IMG/VR virus record: IMGVR_UViG_3300021961_000021
DNA length: 64,000 nucleotides
Direction: 5' to 3' (one strand)
Source of the DNA: a virus
In this document: positions 29,187 to 37,355 of the stretch, one piece after another
How the letters are laid out: each line of letters starts with the position of its first letter
Numbering within the stretch: the stretch's first letter is position 1
Notes under the pieces: model-generated
Seen by the model: the letters and a program-made list of their open reading frames with translations, nothing else
What the model was told of the DNA's origin: nothing
Databases searched by the model: none
Made by a program: the position numbers and the translations under genes

Positions 29187-29211
29187 TGCGTTGCCTTTCT
29201 TTGACTTTTTA

Positions 29212-29269
29212 AGTATTGCACACCCTAGGGGCATTATGGGGGAATGGTGGACAGTCCCCCAACTGTCAC
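29212..29269 (-). promoter_or_regulatory. Early promoter cassette copy 4
   Basis: GTGACAGT-N6-ACTGTCCAC; 44 nt from the first box to TG-c-AATACT. Confidence 0.8.
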
Positions 29270-29757
29270 AGGATGCGGGTCGCGTGGGTCTGGATCGCCT
29301 TGAATGGGATAGTATAACCCAGACGAGGATCTTTGCGGTTCTTCACGCTATGAAACTGTTTCTTCAGTTGAGGTAGAAGAATAGCGAGAACATCGTCAGC
29401 ATCCATCTTCCACACCTCTGCAATCTTGCCACCATCATAACGAGCATAATAGTGGTTCTTATACTTACCGATCTTATCTTCGATCAAATACTCTTCTTGT
29501 TCTTCCCACGAGTTCTGTACACTGATGCCATTGTAGGTTGCAGTCAGTTTCTTGCCGATGGTAGATTTATACTCACACTCACCATCTTCGTCTACACCAT
29601 CAGCACCACTGTAGGTATCAGCAACAGTGTGCCCAAGTACACCCGCTAAGTGAATCTCACGACTGCGAGCGTAAGAGAAAGGATCACCCCAACCATTCTC
29701 CTGGCAGAGTTCATACATCTCTTCAAACAGTTGTTGAAACTTTTGTTCGGGAGTCAT
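29266..29757 (-). CDS. Putative PD-(D/E)xK nuclease-fold protein
   Basis: GADGVDEDGECEYKST matches D-x(n)-E-x-K, preceded by an N-terminal helix with REI. Confidence 0.55.
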   Translation of the reverse strand: MTPEQKFQQLFEEMYELCQENGWGDPFSYARSREIHLAGVLGHTVADTYSGADGVDEDGECEYKSTIGKKLTATYNGISVQNSWEEQEEYLIEDKIGKYKNHYYARYDGGKIAEVWKMDADDVLAILLPQLKKQFHSVKNRKDPRLGYTIPFKAIQTHATRIL

Positions 29758-29780
29758 TGTTGTAAAGAAATGAGTGCTAA

Positions 29781-29951
29781 TCAGAGGAAGGTGGAAGGAT
29801 CGCCGTAATCAGCGTAGAGTTCACCGTTCACACGGATTTCAGCGTAACCGAACTCTTCAGACAGAGAGTAGCAGAGATCGTATGCACGATCCTCAGAAGT
29901 TACGGTCTCGTTCTCCTCAGGAGCAGAGGGGCAGATGATCTCGAAAAGCAT
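29781..29951 (-). CDS. Small acidic early protein, 56 aa (not in track)
   Basis: MLFEIICPSAPEENETVTSEDRAYDLCYSLSEEFGYAEIRVNGELYADYGDPSTFL; first ORF after cassette 5. Confidence 0.7.
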   Translation of the reverse strand: MLFEIICPSAPEENETVTSEDRAYDLCYSLSEEFGYAEIRVNGELYADYGDPSTFL

Positions 29952-29979
29952 TGAATGACGTTGTTTGTTTGACTCTTTA

Positions 29980-30037
29980 AGTATTGCACAGGATCAGGCG
30001 GTTTGGGGGAAATGGTGTGCACTCTGCAGATTGGCAC
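29980..30037 (-). promoter_or_regulatory. Early promoter cassette copy 5
   Basis: GTGCCAAT, 44-nt spacer, TG-c-AATACT TAAAGAGTCAAACAAAC. Confidence 0.8.
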
Positions 30038-30230
30038 AGGGTCAGACGATTTGATCGCTGCTAGGGTATCCCCCCCGATCTCAGCAGAGTCTCACCCGAG
30101 AACCCTTGCCAGCACTAGGAGCAAAACGCAAAAAACCTGCAATTCTAGGTTTCAGGGGTGATACGTCACCCCCTCTCCAGACGTTGCAGGAAAATGTGAA
30201 AGTGTAAGAAACTCAGGTTTTAGTAGGTTA

Positions 30231-30617
30231 TCACCAGTGTGCACCCAAATGTGACATCATCTCGATAAATGCTTCCTTATCAGTGTTAAGATCAATGTCA
30301 GCATTCAGTGCATCTTTGCCTACCATACCTGCAGATGTAATCACACCCCAGTCAGCAACAATACCACCACGATCTCTAGGCGCAGTACCGACAATTTTAA
30401 CAGACTCACCATCTTCAACCACATCAAACTTCCAGGTGACAGACTCAGCATCAGCGAGAATCTCGTCCTTCTTTCTCTGCAAGCGATAGTCAACTAGACC
30501 AGTTGTTTTACTGCTTGCCATACGCTCATCAATGTTAGCGAGACGATATGCTTTTGCCTTTGCTACCAGTGCTGCAGCAATTTCATTGCCAAGTGCTTTA
30601 ATTGAATCGGATGCCAT
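30231..30617 (-). CDS. Hypothetical protein with its own late promoter
   Basis: 128-aa ORF 29 nt downstream of TATAAATA. Confidence 0.7.
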   Translation of the reverse strand: MASDSIKALGNEIAAALVAKAKAYRLANIDERMASSKTTGLVDYRLQRKKDEILADAESVTWKFDVVEDGESVKIVGTAPRDRGGIVADWGVITSAGMVGKDALNADIDLNTDKEAFIEMMSHLGAHW

Positions 30618-30645
30618 TGTAACTACGTTCTGTGAGTTTCTGATC

Positions 30646-30653
30646 TATTTATA
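30646..30653 (-). promoter_or_regulatory. T4-type late promoter TATAAATA
   Basis: Exact consensus upstream of 30617. Confidence 0.7.
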
Positions 30654-30654
30654 C

Positions 30655-31899
30655 TTAGCGAACAAAGGACTGGGGTGCCTCACCCTGCACAAAGATAGCA
30701 TCAACAACTCGCTGCAGTCGCTCGATAGTTTGCTTGCCATAGTTCTTGAACACAGGTACAGTCACGATGCCAGTAGATTTGCGATAGAGGTTACACTGAC
30801 CAGCAGGAATCTTGCCAGAGGCAATATCAGCAGCGTCATCTTTGTTCATACGGATAACACGTCCGATGGTCTGTGCCATCTCAACCACATCAAGATTGCG
30901 AAGCAGGACACAATGAGTCAGACCAGGCACGTTGATACCTTCAGACAGAATGCTGTAGTGGAATACAACAAACTTGCGATCATCTTCCTTGCCCCACTCA
31001 GTCAGAGTGTTGAAGAATACCTCACGGTTGACCTTCTTATCGTTGACATATGCACCGAACTTAGAGGTAACGTGAAGCACATCATAACCACGCTGCTTGA
31101 GACCAGCGAGCAACTTAGTCTTGCCGAGCATATTGCCAAGCACACGACTAGAGGGCACAGCAACAACAATCTTGTGGTTGGTGTTGTCATCGAGATCGTC
31201 AAGAATACCGAAGACGGTATCACAATCAGACTCGTGAGCAGTCACACGATTGCGGTTAAGATCAACGTCAAAAGGTACAACAGTGGGAGACACAATGCTG
31301 CCCTGAGCAATCAGTTCCTGTGCACGAACGTTGCAGATAACTTGACCGTAGATTGCACCGTTGTTCATACCACGATCGTGAGACAATGCGTGGCGAGGAG
31401 TAGCAGTGAAGAAATAACGATTCTCAACATACTGAGAGATCGCAAATACACTGGTGAAGAAGTGCTTACCAGTAGCATTGTGTGCCTCATCGAAATAGAT
31501 GACATCGACAGGAATGCCAGCGTCAACTACACGATTGAGAGAATGATAGGTGGTGAAGATAATGCAAGAGTCACCAGCAGCACGAGCAGTATTGTTGAAC
31601 AGTGCAATCTTGTCAGTCTTGGTGCTGCTGAAGTGGTGAGTTTCGCCACTGTGAACGTGACAAATGTGCACGTTGTTGGTATCGATGTGCTGCAGAAACT
31701 CTTCACAGAGTTGCTCAGCGAGCAAAATACGAGGAGCAACGACAACAACAGTCTGTGCACTAGATTGCAAACGACGGATGCAATCGTAGATCATCTTGAT
31801 AGTCTTGCCACCACCAGTAGGAACAATGATCTGCCCGACATTGTGCTTTTGCATTGCATCGAGAGCACGAACTTGATGCGGGCGGAGAGTGATGGGCAT
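30655..31899 (-). CDS. SF2 DEAH-box helicase (ResIII/DEAD-like)
   Basis: Q-motif LRPHQ, Walker A PTGGGKT, DEAH, motif III TATP, LSEGINVP and motif VI QTIGRVIR; likely start MPITLRPHQ at 31899. Confidence 0.9.
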   Translation of the reverse strand: MPITLRPHQVRALDAMQKHNVGQIIVPTGGGKTIKMIYDCIRRLQSSAQTVVVVAPRILLAEQLCEEFLQHIDTNNVHICHVHSGETHHFSSTKTDKIALFNNTARAAGDSCIIFTTYHSLNRVVDAGIPVDVIYFDEAHNATGKHFFTSVFAISQYVENRYFFTATPRHALSHDRGMNNGAIYGQVICNVRAQELIAQGSIVSPTVVPFDVDLNRNRVTAHESDCDTVFGILDDLDDNTNHKIVVAVPSSRVLGNMLGKTKLLAGLKQRGYDVLHVTSKFGAYVNDKKVNREVFFNTLTEWGKEDDRKFVVFHYSILSEGINVPGLTHCVLLRNLDVVEMAQTIGRVIRMNKDDAADIASGKIPAGQCNLYRKSTGIVTVPVFKNYGKQTIERLQRVVDAIFVQGEAPQSFVR

Positions 31900-31923
31900 T
31901 GGGCAATTCGCTTGACATTGATA

Positions 31924-31981
31924 AGAATACAGGGTGCTCAACCCAAAGTCAAGCACCCTGTGCAGGTTCTGAAACTGGCAC
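31924..31981 (-). promoter_or_regulatory. Early promoter cassette copy 7 (sigma70-like variant with hairpin)
   Basis: GTGCCAGT, 44-nt spacer, TATTCT; TTGACT-17-TATTCT; 10-bp inverted repeat 31929-31938/31952-31961. Confidence 0.75.
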
Positions 31982-31989
31982 ACTATAAA

Positions 31990-32223
31990 TCAACTTCGAT
32001 CATAGTGTCCGTTTTCGGTATAGTAACCGTCGCTAATATGTCCACCATTGTCTGCTGCCAGCACGGACAATTCTCGGGACTGTGACACTCTTTCAAGTCG
32101 ATCCAGTTCCCAGTAGACTGCAGATAACTTCGTTTGTAGATAGTCTCTCGTCGGGAGATCGTGAATCCTTTTGCGAATTGATTCAACGTCATTCTTGAGT
32201 TGTTTCAGTAGGTCAGTTTCCAT
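31990..32223 (-). CDS. Hypothetical coiled-coil protein
   Basis: 77-aa ORF overlapping the upstream oxygenase stop. Confidence 0.6.
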   Translation of the reverse strand: METDLLKQLKNDVESIRKRIHDLPTRDYLQTKLSAVYWELDRLERVSQSRELSVLAADNGGHISDGYYTENGHYDRS

Positions 32224-32788
32224 AATAGTGCTCTATGAGTGTATAACGATTGGCATAACCTGTTGGCATTGCATTAAAACTAATTGTGCATCTATTCGAT
32301 CCAGGTTCAGTATAATGCTCCAACCAAGATGGAAAGATGATTAGATCTCCTGCCTCTGGTTTATATTCCCACACATCCTCAATGTCTGATAGTACAACTA
32401 CACCAGACCTGCCTAGATTAGCAGGATTGAGGAAATATGTTGGACTACAGTCAGTCAGATAATATACACCCGACAGTAGTGAGTTTGGATGATTATGTAT
32501 GTGATGTTGCTCATCTGCAGTGGATTTGTTTATCCAAGACAGAGAAGGCATTATTCTATCACAACTGTAATGATATAGTTGTTGATATTCATCCAAGCAC
32601 TCCTGTATTTGTGAGAACAATCGTTTGAATACTGGTTCTCTGTGTATATGGTGATTGGTAGATTGTTTCAGATCTCCCACATCATAAGCACAACTATCAG
32701 CATAGTCGATTAGAGGTTGTCTATCAACATTCATTTGATGTGTGTATATGTGTGTGGGAAAGATCTCAACTATCTTGCTCATCTTCAC
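32213..32788 (-). CDS. 2OG-Fe(II) oxygenase (HxH...SG.YY type)
   Basis: SWINK...HHIHNHPNSLLSGVYY...FPSWLEHY...RCTISFN. Confidence 0.88.
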   Translation of the reverse strand: MKMSKIVEIFPTHIYTHQMNVDRQPLIDYADSCAYDVGDLKQSTNHHIHREPVFKRLFSQIQECLDEYQQLYHYSCDRIMPSLSWINKSTADEQHHIHNHPNSLLSGVYYLTDCSPTYFLNPANLGRSGVVVLSDIEDVWEYKPEAGDLIIFPSWLEHYTEPGSNRCTISFNAMPTGYANRYTLIEHYYGN

Positions 32789-32975
32789 CCAGGACTTGAC
32801 GACAATACTCCATAATCATATTGGTAAAGTCCTCCTCTTTAAAGTCGTTGAACATTGCCCATCGTGGGTCTGCTGGATCCCACTCAATCGTGAATGATCC
32901 ATCCTCATTCTCAACAACACTAATACCATCATTAGGATCAGAATCCTGATCCACTGGTTTTACTTCGTTTTGCAT
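32766..32975 (-). CDS. Hypothetical protein
   Basis: 69-aa acidic ORF (ENEDGSFTIEWDP.DPRW). Confidence 0.65.
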   Translation of the reverse strand: MQNEVKPVDQDSDPNDGISVVENEDGSFTIEWDPADPRWAMFNDFKEEDFTNMIMEYCRQVLGEDEQDS

Positions 32976-33132
32976 CGATTACCTCAACAATGTCAATGTG
33001 TTCTTTAAAGTTCCACCAGGCGATGAGAACATCTTCATAATCTTGTAGAATTTTAACACTACCATCAACGCACCATACTTTATACCAGTTGCGTGTATAT
33101 GGTAGATCTGATGTACATTTGAATGAGTTCAT
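32938..33132 (-). CDS. Hypothetical protein
   Basis: 64-aa ORF, ATGA-coupled. Confidence 0.6.
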   Translation of the reverse strand: MNSFKCTSDLPYTRNWYKVWCVDGSVKILQDYEDVLIAWWNFKEHIDIVEVIDAKRSKTSGSGF

Positions 33133-33338
33133 TTGAGTTCTTCAAGATCCCAATTAACGTCATCAGGAGGATCTACCCAGAACCAGTAATCTACGTTGTG
33201 TTCAGATGACACAATGATCCTACCATTGTCCTTCTTATGTTCAATCCTAACGTATGGATTGTTATTCATATAGTTGGCAAGGTTTGATCGTGCAAAATCA
33301 CTTTTTGCCGTCACCTTTGCTAGATTTCGTAGAGTCAT
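33129..33338 (-). CDS. Hypothetical protein
   Basis: 69-aa ORF. Confidence 0.6.
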   Translation of the reverse strand: MTLRNLAKVTAKSDFARSNLANYMNNNPYVRIEHKKDNGRIIVSSEHNVDYWFWVDPPDDVNWDLEELK

Positions 33339-33438
33339 AGATTACTGAGAGTAGGATTACTAACCACAACTCTAGCACTGCTAGAATTATGATTTCAACT
33401 GCCGCTGGGGGTAGACCAGTAGTTGCGAATAGAATCAT
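33298..33438 (-). CDS. Small membrane protein, 46 aa (not in track)
   Basis: MILFATTGLPPAAVEIIILAVLELWLVILLSVIYDSTKSSKGDGKK bridges the gap between flanking ORFs. Confidence 0.45.
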   Translation of the reverse strand: MILFATTGLPPAAVEIIILAVLELWLVILLSVIYDSTKSSKGDGKK

Positions 33439-33583
33439 ATTCACCTTGGCGTAGTTTGTCGTATATTGTACCACAATCTACGTCGTGGACCAATTCAATA
33501 TCCCGCTGATCTTTCTTTGTAAGTAGATTCAATGCACTACAGAGTGCGTTAATCTCGTTTTGATTAAGATTCAGATTCATCAA
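33395..33583 (-). CDS. Hypothetical protein
   Basis: 62-aa ORF. Confidence 0.55.
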   Translation of the reverse strand: MMNLNLNQNEINALCSALNLLTKKDQRDIELVHDVDCGTIYDKLRQGEYDSIRNYWSTPSGS

Positions 33584-33800
33584 CTTGTTCCGTGATGTTG
33601 TTTTGAATTAGATACTCAAGGTCAGAATGTCCCCAAGGTTCCATACCATCCTTTACAGTAGGTTTTACATAGCGAACATTATAGGGAGAATTGAAGAACC
33701 TGCGAAAAGCAGTAACAACAATAACAAATGCCGAAACAACACCAACCAGACCAAGGAAGGTGGTAGCATCGCCAGCGAAAGTGTAAGTGTCAGGATTCAT
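33564..33800 (-). CDS. Small membrane protein
   Basis: FLGLVGVVSAFVIVVTAFRRFF helix; TAATG-coupled to the RlpA gene. Confidence 0.7.
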   Translation of the reverse strand: MNPDTYTFAGDATTFLGLVGVVSAFVIVVTAFRRFFNSPYNVRYVKPTVKDGMEPWGHSDLEYLIQNNITEQVDESES

Positions 33801-34102
33801 TAGATTACGCGATAACAGACAGTAGCATTACCCTTGCGGGCAGATTCAATGTGAGAAAATGCAGCATATGATAAGTCAATGTCTGCGTGTGAGTAGGGTC
33901 CACGATCATTAACTCTCACAATTACTTGTTTGAGATTATCCTGATTGGTGACCCGTAGTTTAGTGCCCATCGGCAAATATGGGTGAGCAGCAGTCCAGCG
34001 ATACGCATCAAATCGTTCACCGTTTGCTGTACGTTGACCGTGGAAACCGTCACCCATTCCATAGAATGTGGCAATGCCACACATTAGACCAGCAACAATC
34101 AT
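33800..34102 (-). CDS. rlpA: RlpA-family double-psi beta-barrel (septal ring lytic transglycosylase-like)
   Basis: GIATFYG...FHGQRTANGERFD...TAAHPYLPMGTKLRVTN...VIVRVNDRGPY...IDLSYAAF. Confidence 0.9.
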   Translation of the reverse strand: MIVAGLMCGIATFYGMGDGFHGQRTANGERFDAYRWTAAHPYLPMGTKLRVTNQDNLKQVIVRVNDRGPYSHADIDLSYAAFSHIESARKGNATVCYRVI

Positions 34103-34278
34103 ACCTCTTGCAATTTACCGTTTTGAAACTTCAGAAATTCGGGGTTGAAAACATAACGACCCTCAGCAGGACTCCACACAATTTTGTTAGGAGCAGCAGC
34201 AGGAATGTCACGGATAGCGTTAGCGCATTCAGCAACAATCTGATCGAGAGTGTAACGAGCAGGAGCGATGCCGTACAT
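34099..34278 (-). CDS. Early hypothetical protein
   Basis: Likely start MYGIAPARY at 34278 after cassette 6. Confidence 0.6.
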   Translation of the reverse strand: MYGIAPARYTLDQIVAECANAIRDIPAAAPNKIVWSPAEGRYVFNPEFLKFQNGKLQEV

Positions 34279-34306
34279 AGTTTGTCGTTGTTTGTTTGAC
34301 CTTTTA

Positions 34307-34364
34307 AGTATTGCACCCATCAGGGGAATTGTGGGTGAATAGTGGGCGGTTTGGGAACTGGCAC
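34307..34364 (-). promoter_or_regulatory. Early promoter cassette copy 6
   Basis: GTGCCAGT, 44-nt spacer, TG-c-AATACT TAAAAGGTCAAACAAAC. Confidence 0.8.
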
Positions 34365-34463
34365 AGTCTCGGGAGGTCGCTGTTCCATCTCTTCTATCAC
34401 GCTGAGAATGTTTGCATAATAAAAACAAATCTCACGATACAAATCGTAGTTGTAATCAGTCAT
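34320..34463 (-). CDS. Small protein, 47 aa (not in track)
   Basis: MTDYNYDLYREICFYYANILSVIEEMEQRPPETVPVPKPPTIHPQFP; ATGA-coupled. Confidence 0.55.
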   Translation of the reverse strand: MTDYNYDLYREICFYYANILSVIEEMEQRPPETVPVPKPPTIHPQFP

Positions 34464-34789
34464 CGTTGATTCATAGGGGGTAGCATTTCATTGCCAGGGT
34501 GATCTGCTATCTTAGCAGTATAATGTTTGTTGTACTTAAAGTGCTCATCATTGATCTCAATGTCATCCCAATCATTAGGGTAGACTACCATACAACATTG
34601 CATCTGTTCTCTCCTAGCACCAGGATCTTGAGGATATTCTTTATAGCAAATGCTGATGTAGTCTTCAGAAACAAATGCTATGTAACCATCAAAACCATTG
34701 TATCTTGCTGGTTGCCCAACTTCAAGTGCTTTGAGTATATTTCTAACCTCAAGAGGAATGGATTCAGAGAGAAACAGAGGTGATGTCAT
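34460..34789 (-). CDS. Hypothetical protein
   Basis: 109-aa ORF, ATGA-coupled. Confidence 0.7.
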   Translation of the reverse strand: MTSPLFLSESIPLEVRNILKALEVGQPARYNGFDGYIAFVSEDYISICYKEYPQDPGARREQMQCCMVVYPNDWDDIEINDEHFKYNKHYTAKIADHPGNEMLPPMNQR

Positions 34790-35349
34790 TCTAGATAGAA
34801 CTCCAGTAGGTACACACTTTCATTAGTCTTATTCTCGGTAATGTTCAAACTCATTGATGATGGGTAGATTGAAAGTTGTCCCACATTTGGTTTAAATGAC
34901 CACGAGTTTGAGTTTAGCAGGTTCTCATCGGGGAACACGAACTTGGATGTGACAGTTCTCCAACTGTCATATGGTGATGTCCAGATCATATCACAATTTG
35001 GTTCTTTGAAGAAACAAACACCAGTAAATACTGATGAATATGAACCAATGATCTCAACTTTTTCGTCAGGATCAATCTTCCTGATATAACTTGTCTTGAG
35101 GTTATACTCACCAACGTCATTCTTGAGACCAATAGTTCCAGCGAATTGAGCAAATTGAGTATAAATCAGATTCTCCCAAGAACGATACTCAGTTGCAACC
35201 TGTTCATTAATAGTTCTGTGTTTATCTCGATGATAAATCAACTGGTTACAGTGATGTATAAACCCAGGAGATACATCAATCGTTGTAATGTATAAAGGAA
35301 CACCAAATGCTGGGATTACATCTAGCGAATTAAATTGTATGCGGTTCAT
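34786..35349 (-). CDS. Degenerate 2OG-Fe(II) oxygenase-fold protein lacking His ligands
   Basis: Resembles 32213-32788 (SY...SVFTGVCFF...LSIYPSSM), but the HxH and distal His positions are replaced. Confidence 0.55.
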   Translation of the reverse strand: MNRIQFNSLDVIPAFGVPLYITTIDVSPGFIHHCNQLIYHRDKHRTINEQVATEYRSWENLIYTQFAQFAGTIGLKNDVGEYNLKTSYIRKIDPDEKVEIIGSYSSVFTGVCFFKEPNCDMIWTSPYDSWRTVTSKFVFPDENLLNSNSWSFKPNVGQLSIYPSSMSLNITENKTNESVYLLEFYLE

Positions 35350-36020
35350 AACAGTGGAATAATAGAGAATTGATCGTCTGGCAATTCGGGTTCAGTAACA
35401 ATATCAAACCCAAGAGTAATACGGGGACCATCGTACTCTTTATTTACCACAACTCGATGCATACGTTTCCAACCAGGACCAAAGTAAATGTTACCTACTT
35501 CATTCTTGATCTCATATCGTAGATCATCTTCCTTAAATTGGGTAACAGAATCCTTTGGGTCAATACTAACATAACCGTGATAAGGGAAGTGATGATCGTG
35601 CCATCCCAATACCTCATTTGGTTTATGCATATTCATCCAACATTGCATCCACAGTGGTGCATCAGTCTTCAGTTCAGTTCTTACAATAAAACTGATCTCT
35701 TTTAACAGAAACCAGAATAGTGGTGATGGAGATGTGAGATTGAATACGTTATAGAATCTGTATCCAGATAAATCACCAGATCTCATCACATCTTCAAGTG
35801 CTTGCTGATCTTCTGCAGCAGTATCTCTGAACAGTTCTGGTAGTGCACTTAGGGTGAACTTATCAGATTTGAGTGAAGAATCGCAACCAGTGAAAGTATT
35901 CTTAAAGAGACGATATGCTCTTCCCAGTTGTCTCTGCATCTCTACAGATTCATTCTCAACAACTGTTGAACGATGAACTGACCAATCATCACCTCTATGG
36001 ATTTCTCTAAGTTTATACAT
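35346..36020 (-). CDS. 2OG-Fe(II) oxygenase
   Basis: CWMNMH...WHDH...MHRV...RITLGFD. Confidence 0.8.
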   Translation of the reverse strand: MYKLREIHRGDDWSVHRSTVVENESVEMQRQLGRAYRLFKNTFTGCDSSLKSDKFTLSALPELFRDTAAEDQQALEDVMRSGDLSGYRFYNVFNLTSPSPLFWFLLKEISFIVRTELKTDAPLWMQCWMNMHKPNEVLGWHDHHFPYHGYVSIDPKDSVTQFKEDDLRYEIKNEVGNIYFGPGWKRMHRVVVNKEYDGPRITLGFDIVTEPELPDDQFSIIPLL

Positions 36021-36651
36021 TTGAATATGCTCTATAAGGATCAGTAAGAGGATTTTTGCTGATATTGATGTTCACAACAGGTCTCCATCCTTTGCTGGGT
36101 GTAGTTGCTGTGTGGAACATATCACCCTTAAATAACACTGCACGACCCTTCTTGGGTGATACAGATTGGCACACAGTGAACTGATCTTTCTCCAGATACT
36201 TCTGGTAGTCATAATCATTTAGTGTACGTTCATTGTAAATGACCGTATCACCATCACTGTCATCCAGATAATATACCACATTCCAAGAATCTGGTACATA
36301 GGAATCAATGTGTGGTAATTGCACCACATTCTGATACATATTTGGCACACAGTTGATACGCATACGCATCAAATGATAGCACTCGATAATATCCATTGCA
36401 GCAAGTGCAAGTGGGACAAATGCATTACACAATGGTGAGATGTTTCCACCTCGATCACTCTCGTACATATAGTGAAAGTTACAGAAACCATTGCGAGGAT
36501 CTTCTTCACGACCTTCCATAATTGCACTATCTTTCCTATGCCAGGTTAGATTCTCATCTTTAACCAAGGTGAGCAACCATTCTTGATATGTACGATTAAT
36601 CAAGTCATCGACAACAACTACATCATCCCACTTACATTTCAAATGATTCAT
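36013..36651 (-). CDS. 2OG-Fe(II) oxygenase
   Basis: PHID...YYLDDSDGDT...PKKGRAVLFKGDMFH...RPVVNIN. Confidence 0.88.
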   Translation of the reverse strand: MNHLKCKWDDVVVVDDLINRTYQEWLLTLVKDENLTWHRKDSAIMEGREEDPRNGFCNFHYMYESDRGGNISPLCNAFVPLALAAMDIIECYHLMRMRINCVPNMYQNVVQLPHIDSYVPDSWNVVYYLDDSDGDTVIYNERTLNDYDYQKYLEKDQFTVCQSVSPKKGRAVLFKGDMFHTATTPSKGWRPVVNINISKNPLTDPYRAYSNV

Positions 36652-37355
36652 AGCAATTCCTCCATTGCCTCATCGTCTTCATCAATACCTTCACCAGTGT
36701 TTTGTTCACAAGGACCATAATACGGGTTGTGATTCTGATAACTTTGTTCATTTCTTACCAGATCAGATGCTGCTTCCCACGGTGCAGCAAGCATAGGACG
36801 ACCGTCCCACTTTCTGTCGGCATACTTACCTTCTTGCTCAACATATGACACGAAACATTGTATCTGTTCCTTGTCACCTTCGTAGTTAGGACGCCAATGC
36901 AAATCCTCGTGTCCCTTAAAGATAACTGTGTCTCCAGTTTCTAAGAACAATTCAATGGTTTTTCCTTGAACTTCTATAAAGAAGGGCCACTTATATTGCG
37001 GGTCTGCTCTTACACAAATGTTACCTACCCATTCACCACTACTACGATCACGATGTGCAAAGCACTCAGTATTCTTAACGTACAGTCTACCGTATGAGAA
37101 TGTTTGGTGCAGTTTCTTACCAATAAGTTTCTCAATCAGTGGTTGCTGATATTGTCCCAGTGCCTCAAATGGTACAGGACAGTACATACTAAATGCACCA
37201 GGCATTGTAGGATCACCAAGAGGAAGATCTGGATATTGATATTGAACAACATCCTTAATCATATGGTATTCAAGTGCAGTATGCTCACACAATGTCTTTG
37301 GTATCGCATTACGAGCAACCCAGAGTCTTCCTGGGACGAGTTCTTCAAGATTCAT
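36648..37355 (-). CDS. 2OG-Fe(II) oxygenase
   Basis: YGRLY...AHRDRSSGE...GDTVIFKG..DLHWR. Confidence 0.82.
   Translation of the reverse strand: MNLEELVPGRLWVARNAIPKTLCEHTALEYHMIKDVVQYQYPDLPLGDPTMPGAFSMYCPVPFEALGQYQQPLIEKLIGKKLHQTFSYGRLYVKNTECFAHRDRSSGEWVGNICVRADPQYKWPFFIEVQGKTIELFLETGDTVIFKGHEDLHWRPNYEGDKEQIQCFVSYVEQEGKYADRKWDGRPMLAAPWEAASDLVRNEQSYQNHNPYYGPCEQNTGEGIDEDDEAMEELL

Noticed and set aside
30532-32085. 517-aa + strand ORF
   Set aside because: Lies antisense to the helicase, has no recognisable motifs or RBS, and fits a codon-bias shadow; all supported genes are on the minus strand.
31983-32192. 69-aa alternative-frame ORF
   Set aside because: Almost fully overlaps 31990-32223, which is coupled to the upstream gene and has a more protein-like composition.
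26585-34364. Repeated cassettes as a CRISPR array or IS ends
   Set aside because: Spacing is irregular (0.6-2.4 kb), the intervals contain genes, copies are degenerate with promoter features, and there is no cas or transposase gene.
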